A stretch of 38,028 bases of DNA from Chloroflexota bacterium (GTDB lineage: Bacteria > Chloroflexota > Dehalococcoidia > GIF9 > UBA5629): assembly GCA_026389715.1 (NCBI GenBank), contig JAPLHK010000096.1, forward strand, positions 9,417 to 47,444. The letters are read 5' to 3'. Numbering within the stretch: position 1 is the first letter of the stretch; each line of letters starts with the position of its first letter. Below are positions 1-8,929 of this stretch, in pieces. The notes beneath the pieces were generated by a model that searched no databases, was not told the DNA's origin, and saw nothing but the letters and a program-made list of their open reading frames with translations. Position numbers and translations under genes: made by a program.

Positions 1-40
1 CAGGCCAGCTATAAAACAAGCATGATGCTAAATTTTTCTG

Positions 41-844
41 CTATCCGGTGATCCTGCTAAGCCTGTAACCGCTCAGGGCAGGTAGCACCAACCCGGGCGT
101 ATAGAAAATCCAGGTTAAATATATGGCGAAGGTCTGATCCCTGCCCGGTTGCGTGGCAAAATGCACGCCGACCAACAGATCGCTGACAAAGAAACAGCTC
201 AGGCCGATGGCCGCCAGCCAGGCATTGCCCTTCGGCATATAACCGATCCTGACGGCAGCCCAGGCCATCCAGAGCGAGACACCCAGAAATACGCTGTAAC
301 CCAGCAGCATATAAAACATTAGTCCGCCACCCATAACAGGCAGGAAAAAGCCACCCATGATGCCGCCCGCTATGGCAAGGATAATGAAAGCCGTGACAAT
401 ATCCCAAAACCTGTTTATGCCTGATTTAGCGGTCAGGTAAGCTCTTAAACCCCAGCCATTGCGGATAATAAAAAACACGTGGGCAACAGCAAACACCAGC
501 ATCCCCACCATATTGATATCGAAGACCAGGAAGATATCCCCGATTGCAATGGCAGCATAGACGAGTATCAGACGGATGGTATCCTTCCTGTCAAAACCAT
601 CCCTCCCGATGATAAAGACGAGTATGGCCGAAAGGAAAGACACTGCCACTTTAGTAGCACGCACATACGGTAATTCAGGCCTGGCAAAATTGGCGATGCC
701 CGTGATGAACTGAAACCAATCAAGCGTAATGTATCCACCAAATAAAAACAGGATAACGCCCAATAGGAAGATAACTGCGCCACGTGTCACGGCTGAACCT
801 CCCTGCATCTTCAAGAGTATTGAAGATCTAATACTGCTGGCCAT
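41..844 (-). CDS. polytopic membrane protein, YhhN/lysoplasmalogenase-like (tentative)
   Basis: 267-aa ORF with ATG at 844 and about eight hydrophobic spans. Two Asp-containing motifs (AIAIGDIFLVF, CFFVSDLLVG) resemble the YhhN/TMEM86 family. No clear SD, so the start (Met1 vs Met13) is uncertain. Confidence 0.45.
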   Translation of the reverse strand: MASSIRSSILLKMQGGSAVTRGAVIFLLGVILFLFGGYITLDWFQFITGIANFARPELPYVRATKVAVSFLSAILVFIIGRDGFDRKDTIRLILVYAAIAIGDIFLVFDINMVGMLVFAVAHVFFIIRNGWGLRAYLTAKSGINRFWDIVTAFIILAIAGGIMGGFFLPVMGGGLMFYMLLGYSVFLGVSLWMAWAAVRIGYMPKGNAWLAAIGLSCFFVSDLLVGVHFATQPGRDQTFAIYLTWIFYTPGLVLPALSGYRLSRITG

Positions 845-961
845 TTTATCAACGGAAATGCATTATATCAACTGCTTATGCCAGCAATTTATGTTTCATT
901 TCAATTCCGCGCCGGCTTCGGTAAAATTCAAAGAACATCCGTACACAAGGAGGTTGGAAAC

Positions 962-1738
962 ATGAAACTGCAATGGCTGGGAACTGCCGGATTCAAGGTT
1001 GAAACAGGTGATCAATTATTTCTGATAGATCCCTATCTTAGCCGCAACGAAAAGGCCAGGCCGGTACAGACTATGCAACCGCAGGAACTCTCGGGTGAGG
1101 GACAGATCTTTATCACGCATGGCCACTTCGACCATCTTTACGATGTACCGGCTATTATGGCCCAGGGCAAATCCACTGTTTACTGCTCGGAGACAGCCGC
1201 CGAGACGCTGGTCAGGGAGGGGGCCGACAGCAGCCGCATAACCGCTGTTGGGGTTGACGGATATGCTGCTGATTTCGGCGGCTACAAAGCAGAAGCTTTT
1301 TTCAGCCGGCACGTTAAATTCGATATCCCGCTGGTTGCCCGCACCCTCTGGCGCGTCGGCCTCAGTTACGGCCGTTTGTCCGCAATCGGCCGCAGCTACC
1401 CTGCAGGCCAGGTGCTGAGCTGGCGGTTTACCATCGACGGTTACACGATGCACCATTTCGGCAGCGGAGGGTCCACTCCCGAGGAACTGCAACGGCTCGC
1501 CGCCCGCCCGATAGACCTACTGCTCGTGCCGCTGCAGGGACACACGCACATCTGCGACATAGTACTGGAATACGTCCGCGTGCTGAAGCCGCGCCTGGTC
1601 ATACCGCACCACCAGGACGACTTCTACCCGCCCATCTCAACTTACGTGGATATCGCCCCCTTCGTCGCACAGGTAAAGGAGAAATGCCCCGACACCGAGG
1701 TGCGTGTTATGGATTTCAACGAGGTAATTAGCCTCTGA
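962..1738 (+). CDS. MBL-fold metallo-hydrolase
   Basis: ORF 878-1738 trimmed to ATG 962, which lies 8 nt after AAGGAGG (947-953). The N-terminus MKLQWLGTAGF and metal motif ITHGHFDHL are typical of the metallo-beta-lactamase fold. Confidence 0.8.
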   Translation: MKLQWLGTAGFKVETGDQLFLIDPYLSRNEKARPVQTMQPQELSGEGQIFITHGHFDHLYDVPAIMAQGKSTVYCSETAAETLVREGADSSRITAVGVDGYAADFGGYKAEAFFSRHVKFDIPLVARTLWRVGLSYGRLSAIGRSYPAGQVLSWRFTIDGYTMHHFGSGGSTPEELQRLAARPIDLLLVPLQGHTHICDIVLEYVRVLKPRLVIPHHQDDFYPPISTYVDIAPFVAQVKEKCPDTEVRVMDFNEVISL

Positions 1739-1759
1739 CTTGAGGGCTCAGATAGGAAT

Positions 1760-2965
1760 TCATAGGCCGTATGCGCGGCGCAGCAGCGTAACAGGATGAA
1801 CTGTTTTCCAGCGTTTGCCCAGCCCGGCTGACAGGTAAGAACGGCAGCCCGGGCACTGCGATATCAACACAGCAGCGCCGGTGCCGGTTATATCATCCAG
1901 TTTTCGCTTCCTGATTCCACGCGAGAGGCCGGAATAGTCCATGAAAAAGGCCCCTCCCGCACCACAACACTTCTCCGGCTCTTCCATGGCGCTGTATTTT
2001 AAGCCGGGTATACCGGCCAGCAATTGTAAGGGGGCATCATTAAGTGTTGGAGTCCAGCCACGATGGCAGGGCACGTGGTAAGTGAAGCTCTCCGCCAGTG
2101 GCCCCGGCTCAACGGCCAGTCCGATGGTATTCAGGTAATCGCTGACCTCGAACACTTTAGGCGAGAGGGCAACGGCTTTAGCGAGCAGCGGGTCATCGGC
2201 GGGCAGCAATTTGGCTGTCTCGGAGCGCAGCATCATACCGCAGGAAGTGCAATCAACAATAATCGCATCAACCTCCTGTTCCGCCAGTATGGCGATATTA
2301 TTGCGCACTATCTTCTGCGCAGTTTTGATATCCCCCTCTCCCAGGGCGCGGATGCCGCAGCACATCAGCTTATCCGGTATCACAACCTCAATGCCGTTAT
2401 GGCCCAGCACCTTCATTACCGCTACACCGGTTTCCACATCCATGGTATTGGTCGCACAGCCCGTGAAATAGGCCACTTTGGCACGCTTTTTGCCCGTGGG
2501 CGGGTATCTGCCATGATACAGGCTGTCAAAGGTACGCAGGCTGACCTTCGGGAAGCCCCCGGGCGCGACATGCAGCTTCTGCGCCGCAGCCAGCATCAAG
2601 GCCGGGAACCCTTTGATGCCGCGCTTCTCCATCATCTCCCGGATAAAATAGTCCCGCAGCGGGTCATGCTTCCTGCCGCCGTAGAGGGCAGCCCGGGCAG
2701 TGATGATTATCTCGTGCACGGGCACGGCCCCCCCGCAGTCCTGCGTGCAGCTCGTGCAGAGCAGGCAGCGGTCGATAATCTCCCTTACGCGCGGGGTGAC
2801 CGGCATGGACTTTTTATACAGTGTCTGGTAGATGATATCGACGCGGGCGCGGGCCACATGCGTCTCCAGCATGTCCTCCAGGTAAACCGGGCAGACCGCC
2901 TCGCACAGCGCGCAGTGAGAGCATTTCTCCACCAGCCCCTTATAGTAATCAAGGTCGCCGATCAA
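1760..2965 (-). CDS. (Fe-S)-binding subunit, GlcF/LutA-like with CCG domains
   Basis: 401 aa with a TTG start 7 nt after GGAGG. Two ferredoxin-type motifs (CSHCALCEAVCP, CLLCTSCTQDCG) are followed by two Cys-rich CCG-type regions (MCCG, KCCGAGG). It starts 2 nt after the upstream FAD subunit. Confidence 0.8.
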   Translation of the reverse strand: MIGDLDYYKGLVEKCSHCALCEAVCPVYLEDMLETHVARARVDIIYQTLYKKSMPVTPRVREIIDRCLLCTSCTQDCGGAVPVHEIIITARAALYGGRKHDPLRDYFIREMMEKRGIKGFPALMLAAAQKLHVAPGGFPKVSLRTFDSLYHGRYPPTGKKRAKVAYFTGCATNTMDVETGVAVMKVLGHNGIEVVIPDKLMCCGIRALGEGDIKTAQKIVRNNIAILAEQEVDAIIVDCTSCGMMLRSETAKLLPADDPLLAKAVALSPKVFEVSDYLNTIGLAVEPGPLAESFTYHVPCHRGWTPTLNDAPLQLLAGIPGLKYSAMEEPEKCCGAGGAFFMDYSGLSRGIRKRKLDDITGTGAAVLISQCPGCRSYLSAGLGKRWKTVHPVTLLRRAYGL

Positions 2966-2967
2966 GA

Positions 2968-4371
2968 CTATGCCTCCGTCCAGATCTTGCCGGGATTCAT
3001 GATTCCCTTGGGATCAAAAGCATACTTGATTCGCTTCATCAGCTCTATCTGGTCCTTGCCCAACTCCTTTTCTAGGTAGGCTGACTTATGCAGGCCGATG
3101 CCGTGCTCGCCGGATATAGTGCCGCCCAGCTCGATGCCCTTCTCGATCATCAGCCTGATGGCCTCCTCGGCCTTCTGCTCCATCTCGGGGGTAATCTCAT
3201 ACAACTGCACTCCGGGGTGGATATTACCGTCGCCGGCGTGCCCGCTCATACCCACCGGGACACCCAGTGAGGCGCCTATCTCGCGGACTGCCTTCACCAT
3301 CTCAGGTATCTTATCACGAGGCACGGTCACGTCCTCGGAAATGGATTTCTGGAAGATGCGCAGAACAAGCGGCGAGAGGTTCCTTCGCGCCTTCCAGATG
3401 CCCGCGGCTTGCTTTTTGTCGTCGATAATCTTGATCTCGCGGGCACCCATCTTCTCCGCTATGCCCTTAATGACTCCGATATCTTCGGCTACGATGGCCG
3501 CTGTGCCATCCACTTCGATCAGCAGGTACACCTGGCCGTCCTGTGCAACGGGGATGGGACTGTAGGTATTCATCAGCCAGATCGCACCGACCTCCAGGTA
3601 TTCCAGTACCGCCGGTACAACTCCCTCGTAAATAATGCGCGACACCATTTCAGCGGCAAGCTGCGCGCTATCACACACCACAATCATGGTCTGACGCTCG
3701 GGTGGAAGCGGCAATAGGCGCAGGTTGACCTTGGTGATGACGGCCAGCGTCCCTTCCGACCCTGTAAGTATTTGCGTGATGTTGTACCCGTTGGCCTGCT
3801 TGACGCTGATACCGCCGGTATTGATGACCGAGCCATCGGGCAGCACAGCTTCCAGGCCGAGCACGTAGTTGGGAGTGGTCCCGTATTTGACGCCGCGCGG
3901 GCCGCCGGCGCGGCAGGCCACGTTGCCGCCCAGTGTGCAGACGTCCATGCTCTGGGGATCGGGCGGGTAGAAAAGCCTCTCTTTCTCCACGGCCCGGTGG
4001 AAATTGGCCAGCACCACTCCGCTCTCGGTGCGGGCCGTCATATTGCCTTTGCTTATCTCAAGTATTTTGTTCATGCGCTTCATGTCCAGCACGATGCCGC
4101 CCTTGATCGGCGTTGAACCGCCGGAGAGGCCGCTGCCCGCACCGCGAGGTGTAACCGGCACTGCACACTGATTGGCATAACTGAGCACTTTACAGACATC
4201 GTCAACCGACTCCACCAGCACCACCGCCTCAGGTTTGCCCTGCGCATAGTAACGGGTGGCGTCGCTGGAGTAGGCCAGCAGGTCCTCCGGTTCGGTTCTA
4301 ACCTTGCCGCCCCCCAGCAGCCGGCTCAAATCTTTCCTCAACGATTCTATGCGTGATCCTTCAGTTTTCAT
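2968..4371 (-). CDS. FAD-linked oxidase, GlcD / D-lactate dehydrogenase-like
   Basis: 467 aa with an ATG preceded by AAGGGGA. It has a PCMH-type FAD-binding region (PRGAGSGLSGG) and a C-terminal SGEHGIGLHK motif typical of the GlcD family. Confidence 0.85.
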   Translation of the reverse strand: MKTEGSRIESLRKDLSRLLGGGKVRTEPEDLLAYSSDATRYYAQGKPEAVVLVESVDDVCKVLSYANQCAVPVTPRGAGSGLSGGSTPIKGGIVLDMKRMNKILEISKGNMTARTESGVVLANFHRAVEKERLFYPPDPQSMDVCTLGGNVACRAGGPRGVKYGTTPNYVLGLEAVLPDGSVINTGGISVKQANGYNITQILTGSEGTLAVITKVNLRLLPLPPERQTMIVVCDSAQLAAEMVSRIIYEGVVPAVLEYLEVGAIWLMNTYSPIPVAQDGQVYLLIEVDGTAAIVAEDIGVIKGIAEKMGAREIKIIDDKKQAAGIWKARRNLSPLVLRIFQKSISEDVTVPRDKIPEMVKAVREIGASLGVPVGMSGHAGDGNIHPGVQLYEITPEMEQKAEEAIRLMIEKGIELGGTISGEHGIGLHKSAYLEKELGKDQIELMKRIKYAFDPKGIMNPGKIWTEA

Positions 4372-4415
4372 AGCATTTCCCCTTTAGCGGTTAATTGCAC
4401 CCGGTGTTGCTGATA

Positions 4416-5156
4416 CTAAGTAAAAATATAGCCCGGGTAGAGATTTTTGAGGCTCACCAATGATGATACTTCATCATTAACCGGGTTGTTGAATACCATC
4501 TCCGGCCGGCCTGACTGCACGACCCGGCCGTTGGCATAGATGAGCACCCTCTCGGCGAGTGTGTAGGCTTCCAGGATATCATGCGTAACAAGTATGGTCG
4601 GAACCCGGACCTCCTCCCTGATCACCCGGGCCAGGCAGCGCCGCATCTCCAGGCGCAGCGGGTTATCCAGGGAAGAAAAGGGCTCATCGAGCAGCAGCAA
4701 CTCCGGTTTGCGCGCCAGCGCCCTGGCCAGGGCCACCCGTTGCTTCTGCCCGCCCGATATCTCGTGGGGGTACTTGCCGCAGTGAGCAGAAAGCTGGAAA
4801 AGCTCCATCATCTCGGCAGCCCTGTCTTTGGCTGCCCTCCTGTCCATTCCCCTGGCCCCGTAAACGATATTGCCCTGCACCGTCATATGGGGAAACAGCG
4901 CCAGGTCCTGGAATACGTAGCCCACCAGCCTCTGCTGCGGCGCCAGGTTGATATTCTGTCCGCTGCTGAAAAGCGGGCGGCCGTTGAGGCGTATGTAACC
5001 GCTGTCCTGCCGCTGGATGCCGGCAATGGTACGCAGCGTCATGCTCTTGCCTGAACCGGAGTAGCCGAAGAGCACGACAAGTTCGCTGCCCATACTCCAT
5101 TCTACGTCCAATTCAAAGCCGGGCAAGCGCGTCTCTATCTTAAGCTCTAAGCCCAT
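4416..5156 (-). CDS. modC: molybdate (or tungstate) ABC transporter ATP-binding protein
   Basis: 246 aa with Walker A GYSGSGKS, ABC signature ISGGQKQRVALARAL and Walker B LLLLDEP. The N-terminal half is ModC-like (LVGYVFQDLALFPHMTV). There is no C-terminal Mop/TOBE domain. It overlaps modB by 10 nt. Confidence 0.85.
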   Translation of the reverse strand: MGLELKIETRLPGFELDVEWSMGSELVVLFGYSGSGKSMTLRTIAGIQRQDSGYIRLNGRPLFSSGQNINLAPQQRLVGYVFQDLALFPHMTVQGNIVYGARGMDRRAAKDRAAEMMELFQLSAHCGKYPHEISGGQKQRVALARALARKPELLLLDEPFSSLDNPLRLEMRRCLARVIREEVRVPTILVTHDILEAYTLAERVLIYANGRVVQSGRPEMVFNNPVNDEVSSLVSLKNLYPGYIFT

Positions 5157-5824
5157 CGCTGTTTTCCCACCAGTTTATTAGCCGTGTAAAGAAACACAGC
5201 GGAGATAAGCGTGAAAAGCAGCACCATGCCCCAGGCCCTGTTCCAGTCGCCACCGGCAACGTCGGCATAAATCGCCAGGGGCATGGTATCCGTTTTGCCC
5301 TCGATATTGCCGGCCAGCATGAGCGTGGCCCCGAATTCGCCCAGCGCGCGCGCGAAGGCCAGTATAGCCCCCGCGTACAAACCCCTGCGCGAGAGAGGCA
5401 GCAGTATACGGAAAAATGTGTGCAACTCGGAATAGCCCATGATATACGAGGCTTGCAGTAGCTTCTCATCCACAGATTCGAAAGCCGCGCGGGTGGTTTT
5501 GATCATCAGCGGCAGGGAAACTATAAATGAGCAAAGCACCGCCGCCTGCCAGGTGAACATCAGTGTATAGCCCGTGAGGCTGTATATATAACCACCCAGC
5601 AGCCCCCTGGCGCCAAAGAGCACCAGCAATATGTAGCCGGTGACCGTGGGCGGCAATACCAGCGGCAGGGTCAGCACGACATCGACGAGTTCCTTACCGT
5701 AAAAATTCCTGCGCGCCAGCAGGTAGGCGAAGACGCAACCGAAGACGACGGAGAATATGGTCGCGATGATGGCGACCTGGAACGACAACCTGACTGAAAA
5801 AAGCACCTGTTCCATATCCGTCAA
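5147..5824 (-). CDS. modB: molybdate ABC transporter permease
   Basis: 225 aa and multi-TM, with the EAA-loop ARALGEFGATLMLAGNIEGKTDT characteristic of ModB. The TTG at 5824 overlaps the modA stop; an alternative ATG lies at 5815. Confidence 0.9.
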   Translation of the reverse strand: MTDMEQVLFSVRLSFQVAIIATIFSVVFGCVFAYLLARRNFYGKELVDVVLTLPLVLPPTVTGYILLVLFGARGLLGGYIYSLTGYTLMFTWQAAVLCSFIVSLPLMIKTTRAAFESVDEKLLQASYIMGYSELHTFFRILLPLSRRGLYAGAILAFARALGEFGATLMLAGNIEGKTDTMPLAIYADVAGGDWNRAWGMVLLFTLISAVFLYTANKLVGKQRWA

Positions 5825-6633
5825 TTGCCTGCGGTCACGGTCTTAAATCCGTAACCGGACAGTATTTTGCCACATTTCTCCGAGCATAAAAAACTGACGA
5901 ACCTAATTGCATAGCCTTTATTGACACTGTTGTTCATAACCGCGGCAGGGTATTCGATCTTGCTGTGCGCTGCCTCCGGGGCCTGCTCAATCAAAGCCAG
6001 CCCGCTCTTCCTGGCCATGTAATCGGTAAGGTAAACCACCCCTGCATCGACTTCCCCGCGAGCAGTGTAATCGCATACCTGGGCCACCTGGGCGCTGGGG
6101 ATAAGCTTGCCAGAGATATTGTCCCCTATCCCGTAATATTTAAAAGCTTCATCGGTATACAGGCCGGCCGGCGCCAGCCTGCTGTCGCACACGGCGATGC
6201 GCCTGACCTGCGGTAGCACCAGGTCGCTAAAGCCATGTAAAGCCTCACTGTGATCAAGCGGGGCGATCAGAACCAGCGAATTAGCCGCGAAGACCCGCAT
6301 GGTATCCCTGTCAACCAGGCCCTTTTCAGCAAGCATATCCATCTCTTTCATGCCGCCGGAAGCGAATACGTCAGCCGACGCACCGGAGGCAATCTGATCA
6401 GCCAGTGTTCCGCTGCCGCTATAGTTGAATTGTAGGACTGCCCCGGGGTTTTCCGCCTCGAATAGCGGGGCCGCCTGGCTGAACGGCTGTTTTAAGCTCA
6501 TGGCGGCAAAGACCATAATCTCGGTTTTTGCTGGTGACGCCGCTGGTGTGCACGCAGGCAATAAGGCGCCCGCGAAAACCAATGCCAGCAAGGCCGGGGC
6601 AGCCACTTTTCCAATAAAATACTGTATATTCAA
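5821..6633 (-). CDS. modA: molybdate-binding periplasmic/lipoprotein component
   Basis: 270 aa with a signal peptide and lipobox (ALLPAC). The ModA-like motif is NYSGSGTLADQIASGASADVFASG. The TTG start is as in the ORF track, but the exact start is uncertain. Confidence 0.85.
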   Translation of the reverse strand: MNIQYFIGKVAAPALLALVFAGALLPACTPAASPAKTEIMVFAAMSLKQPFSQAAPLFEAENPGAVLQFNYSGSGTLADQIASGASADVFASGGMKEMDMLAEKGLVDRDTMRVFAANSLVLIAPLDHSEALHGFSDLVLPQVRRIAVCDSRLAPAGLYTDEAFKYYGIGDNISGKLIPSAQVAQVCDYTARGEVDAGVVYLTDYMARKSGLALIEQAPEAAHSKIEYPAAVMNNSVNKGYAIRFVSFLCSEKCGKILSGYGFKTVTAGN

Positions 6634-6643
6634 AATATCTTAA

Positions 6644-7807
6644 TCAGGGGACGGATTGCCCATGGATTGCTTCGTCGCCTGCGGGCTCCTCGCAATGACT
6701 GTTTTGGAGCGGCCGGCCCGCCCTGGCCTCGATACGCTCCTGTATGAGCCGGGCATTATTATACCTGGTCCCGATAGCATCGAGCGCGTCCCTGTCATCA
6801 CCATACCTGGCCGTTGCCTGCGCAAAGCGGTCAGCAAGACTTACGGGCCTGTCCCCGCTCACCAGCTTGTCGGCCAGGAAAAGGATTTCCCCGGCGCTGA
6901 TATCCTTACCATGACCCGGTTCGATGTCCATATGGGTGATAATAGCTTCCGCAATCCCATGAAATCCGGCCTCCCTGACTATGCGGGCGGCCTCGCGGGC
7001 GTGGCCCGGCTTTCCCCTGGCCAGGTCGTGCAGCAGCGCTGCCGCCAGCACGATCTCCCTGTCGATACCCGCGCCGGCACTATTGAGACAATCTGCGATA
7101 CGGCAGCCTATTTTAGCCACGGCCCGGCAATGCTGCCTTGTGTGTTCGTCCATGCCCGGCATCAGCTCCATCAGGGCTTCGCACTCAGGCTCAGACGGGA
7201 TTTCACGCCGCTTCCATCTCTCCTTCAGTTCCCCGTAATCTGCAGGATTATCGATATCGAAGAGTATATTGCCATCGGGCACCTCCACTTTCACTGTCTC
7301 TGATTCCAACTTCTCCAGCGCGCCTTTAAGGCCGTTTTCGCCTGTGAACCCCATTATCGCCCCCTGTAGCCCGGCGGAGATAAGCGGAGGATGCCCTTTG
7401 CGCCCCCGGAATGATGGTACCAGAATCCTGTTTTTCCCCTCCATAAACCTGTTGACCAGGCTGCGGATAGTTGCAGCGCGCACCAGGGGGATATCGGCGG
7501 GCAAGACGATAAAGGCCTGTGGCCCCTGTTCCATCGCCGATATACCGGCGATAACAGAGGAAAACATGCCTTCTTCATAACGGTCGTTGACGGCCGACCG
7601 CGCGCCTGCCCCTTCAATGACCGGGATTATCAGCTCTTTGCGGTAACCTGCTACAACGATAACCTCATCGATACCGGCCTGCCTGCATGTTTCCACTATG
7701 CGGGTCACTACAGGCCGTCCTCCCAGGTCGAGCAGCGGTTTGAATACACCCATCCGGCTGGAATGGCCGGCCGCCAGTATTATTGCCGTGATGCCTGGTT
7801 TTTCCAT
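6644..7807 (-). CDS. MobA/MocA-like molybdenum-cofactor nucleotidyltransferase fused to an HD-domain
   Basis: 387 aa. The N-terminus AIILAAGHSSRMGVFKPLL is the MocA/MobA NTP-transferase signature. The C-terminal ~170 aa carry HD-type residues (HCRAVAKIG ... LLHDLARGK). The ATG at 7807 overlaps the upstream xdhC-like gene by 28 nt. Confidence 0.75.
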   Translation of the reverse strand: MEKPGITAIILAAGHSSRMGVFKPLLDLGGRPVVTRIVETCRQAGIDEVIVVAGYRKELIIPVIEGAGARSAVNDRYEEGMFSSVIAGISAMEQGPQAFIVLPADIPLVRAATIRSLVNRFMEGKNRILVPSFRGRKGHPPLISAGLQGAIMGFTGENGLKGALEKLESETVKVEVPDGNILFDIDNPADYGELKERWKRREIPSEPECEALMELMPGMDEHTRQHCRAVAKIGCRIADCLNSAGAGIDREIVLAAALLHDLARGKPGHAREAARIVREAGFHGIAEAIITHMDIEPGHGKDISAGEILFLADKLVSGDRPVSLADRFAQATARYGDDRDALDAIGTRYNNARLIQERIEARAGRPLQNSHCEEPAGDEAIHGQSVP

Positions 7808-8844
7808 CGCCTCATCTGCGCCCTTATGTCGATAAGCTCCCCGACTATGCTCACCGCTATTTCCTCGGGTGTTTCGGTGTCTATCTTGACCCCGATGGGG
7901 CAGTGCACCTGCTCAATCTGTTGCGCGCTGACCCCACCCTCCATTAACGCGCGGTAAATAGTATCACGCTTGCGCGCGCTCCCTATCATGCCGATATAGC
8001 CGGCGCCGCTTTTCAGCGCCTGCTCCAGCACCACCTTGTCGCAAAGGTGTCCGCGGGTGACTATTACTATATAGCTCCCGGCATCGACAGGCAGGCCGTC
8101 GAAACATTTATCGAACGATTTCAATACAACTACTTCAATAGGACTGGCGAACCTTTGCGCATTAGCATACTCATCGCGGTCATCCAGCACCACAACGTTA
8201 AACCCCACGCGCAGCGCCAGGTCGGCCACCTCCCTGGAGATATGCCCTGCCCCGAAGATATAAACCGTCCCGCCGTTTATGATAACGTCGGCCCAGTACC
8301 TCTTCCCGTCATACTCGACCAGCGATGAACCGGTCAGCTCGCGGACGCTGTCCTTGAGCCTGGCCAATACCTCTGTATCTTCCCCCTCGTTTCCCACCGG
8401 CGAATCGTGGCCGCTCAACAACCAGTGCCGCCCCCCCACACCCCCATGGCCCGGAAGGGGCGTGACCAGGAAGCACTTGCGGTTATCCCGCCTGTGCTCT
8501 GCGATAGTTTCAAAGATACTTAACGTGCCGGTATCGGCCGGAATAAACTCGAGCAGAAGCTCAACCTTGCCGCCGCACACCATTTTGCCTTCCAGCAAAT
8601 CCCCGGTCATATCAAAGGCAAAAGTGGTTGAATGTTTCGATTTGAACAACTCCCGCGCATTCTGCATTGCAGCAGCCTCAACCAGGCCGCCGCCTACAGT
8701 GCCGTATATTTCACCGCTCTGCCTGATGAGCATACTGGCCCCTGTACCGCGCGGCGCCGAGCCTTTATCGCTTATCACCCTGGCAAATACGACATCTTCA
8801 CCCTGCTGCAACAGCCCGTGAATTGTGTCATAGATATCCGGCAT
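7780..8844 (-). CDS. XdhC/CoxI-family molybdoenzyme maturation factor
   Basis: 354 aa with an ATG 5 nt after GGGAGGA. It has an XdhC N-domain (VFARVISDKGSAPRGTGASMLI...GTVGGG) and a Rossmann-like C-domain (VYIFGAGHISREV). Confidence 0.8.
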   Translation of the reverse strand: MPDIYDTIHGLLQQGEDVVFARVISDKGSAPRGTGASMLIRQSGEIYGTVGGGLVEAAAMQNARELFKSKHSTTFAFDMTGDLLEGKMVCGGKVELLLEFIPADTGTLSIFETIAEHRRDNRKCFLVTPLPGHGGVGGRHWLLSGHDSPVGNEGEDTEVLARLKDSVRELTGSSLVEYDGKRYWADVIINGGTVYIFGAGHISREVADLALRVGFNVVVLDDRDEYANAQRFASPIEVVVLKSFDKCFDGLPVDAGSYIVIVTRGHLCDKVVLEQALKSGAGYIGMIGSARKRDTIYRALMEGGVSAQQIEQVHCPIGVKIDTETPEEIAVSIVGELIDIRAQMRRWKNQASRQ

Positions 8845-8929
8845 TCATGTCCTCCCACAAGTGCCCATATCGATTATTTTTTCGCATCGAAAGGCAATGA
8901 TACAGGACAATAACAGGCCCCTGTCAATA

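Noticed and set aside
878-961. 28-codon N-terminal extension of the MBL-fold ORF, and the TTG at 27935 for hypC
   Set aside because: The internal ATGs (962 and 27941) give canonical N-termini (MKLQWLGTAGF and MCLAVP). ATG 962 also has a proper AAGGAGG.
2063-3079. 338-aa plus-strand ORF opposite the GlcF-like and GlcD-like genes
   Set aside because: It is antisense to two genes with clear cofactor motifs and SD sites. The translation is Arg/Ala/His/Gln-rich with no recognisable motif. This is a typical shadow ORF in GC-rich DNA.
6634-6643. Expected a Moco riboswitch or other leader upstream of modA
   Set aside because: Only 10 nt separate the mocA-like stop from the modA start, and the genes upstream are contiguous. 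There is no room for a structured leader.
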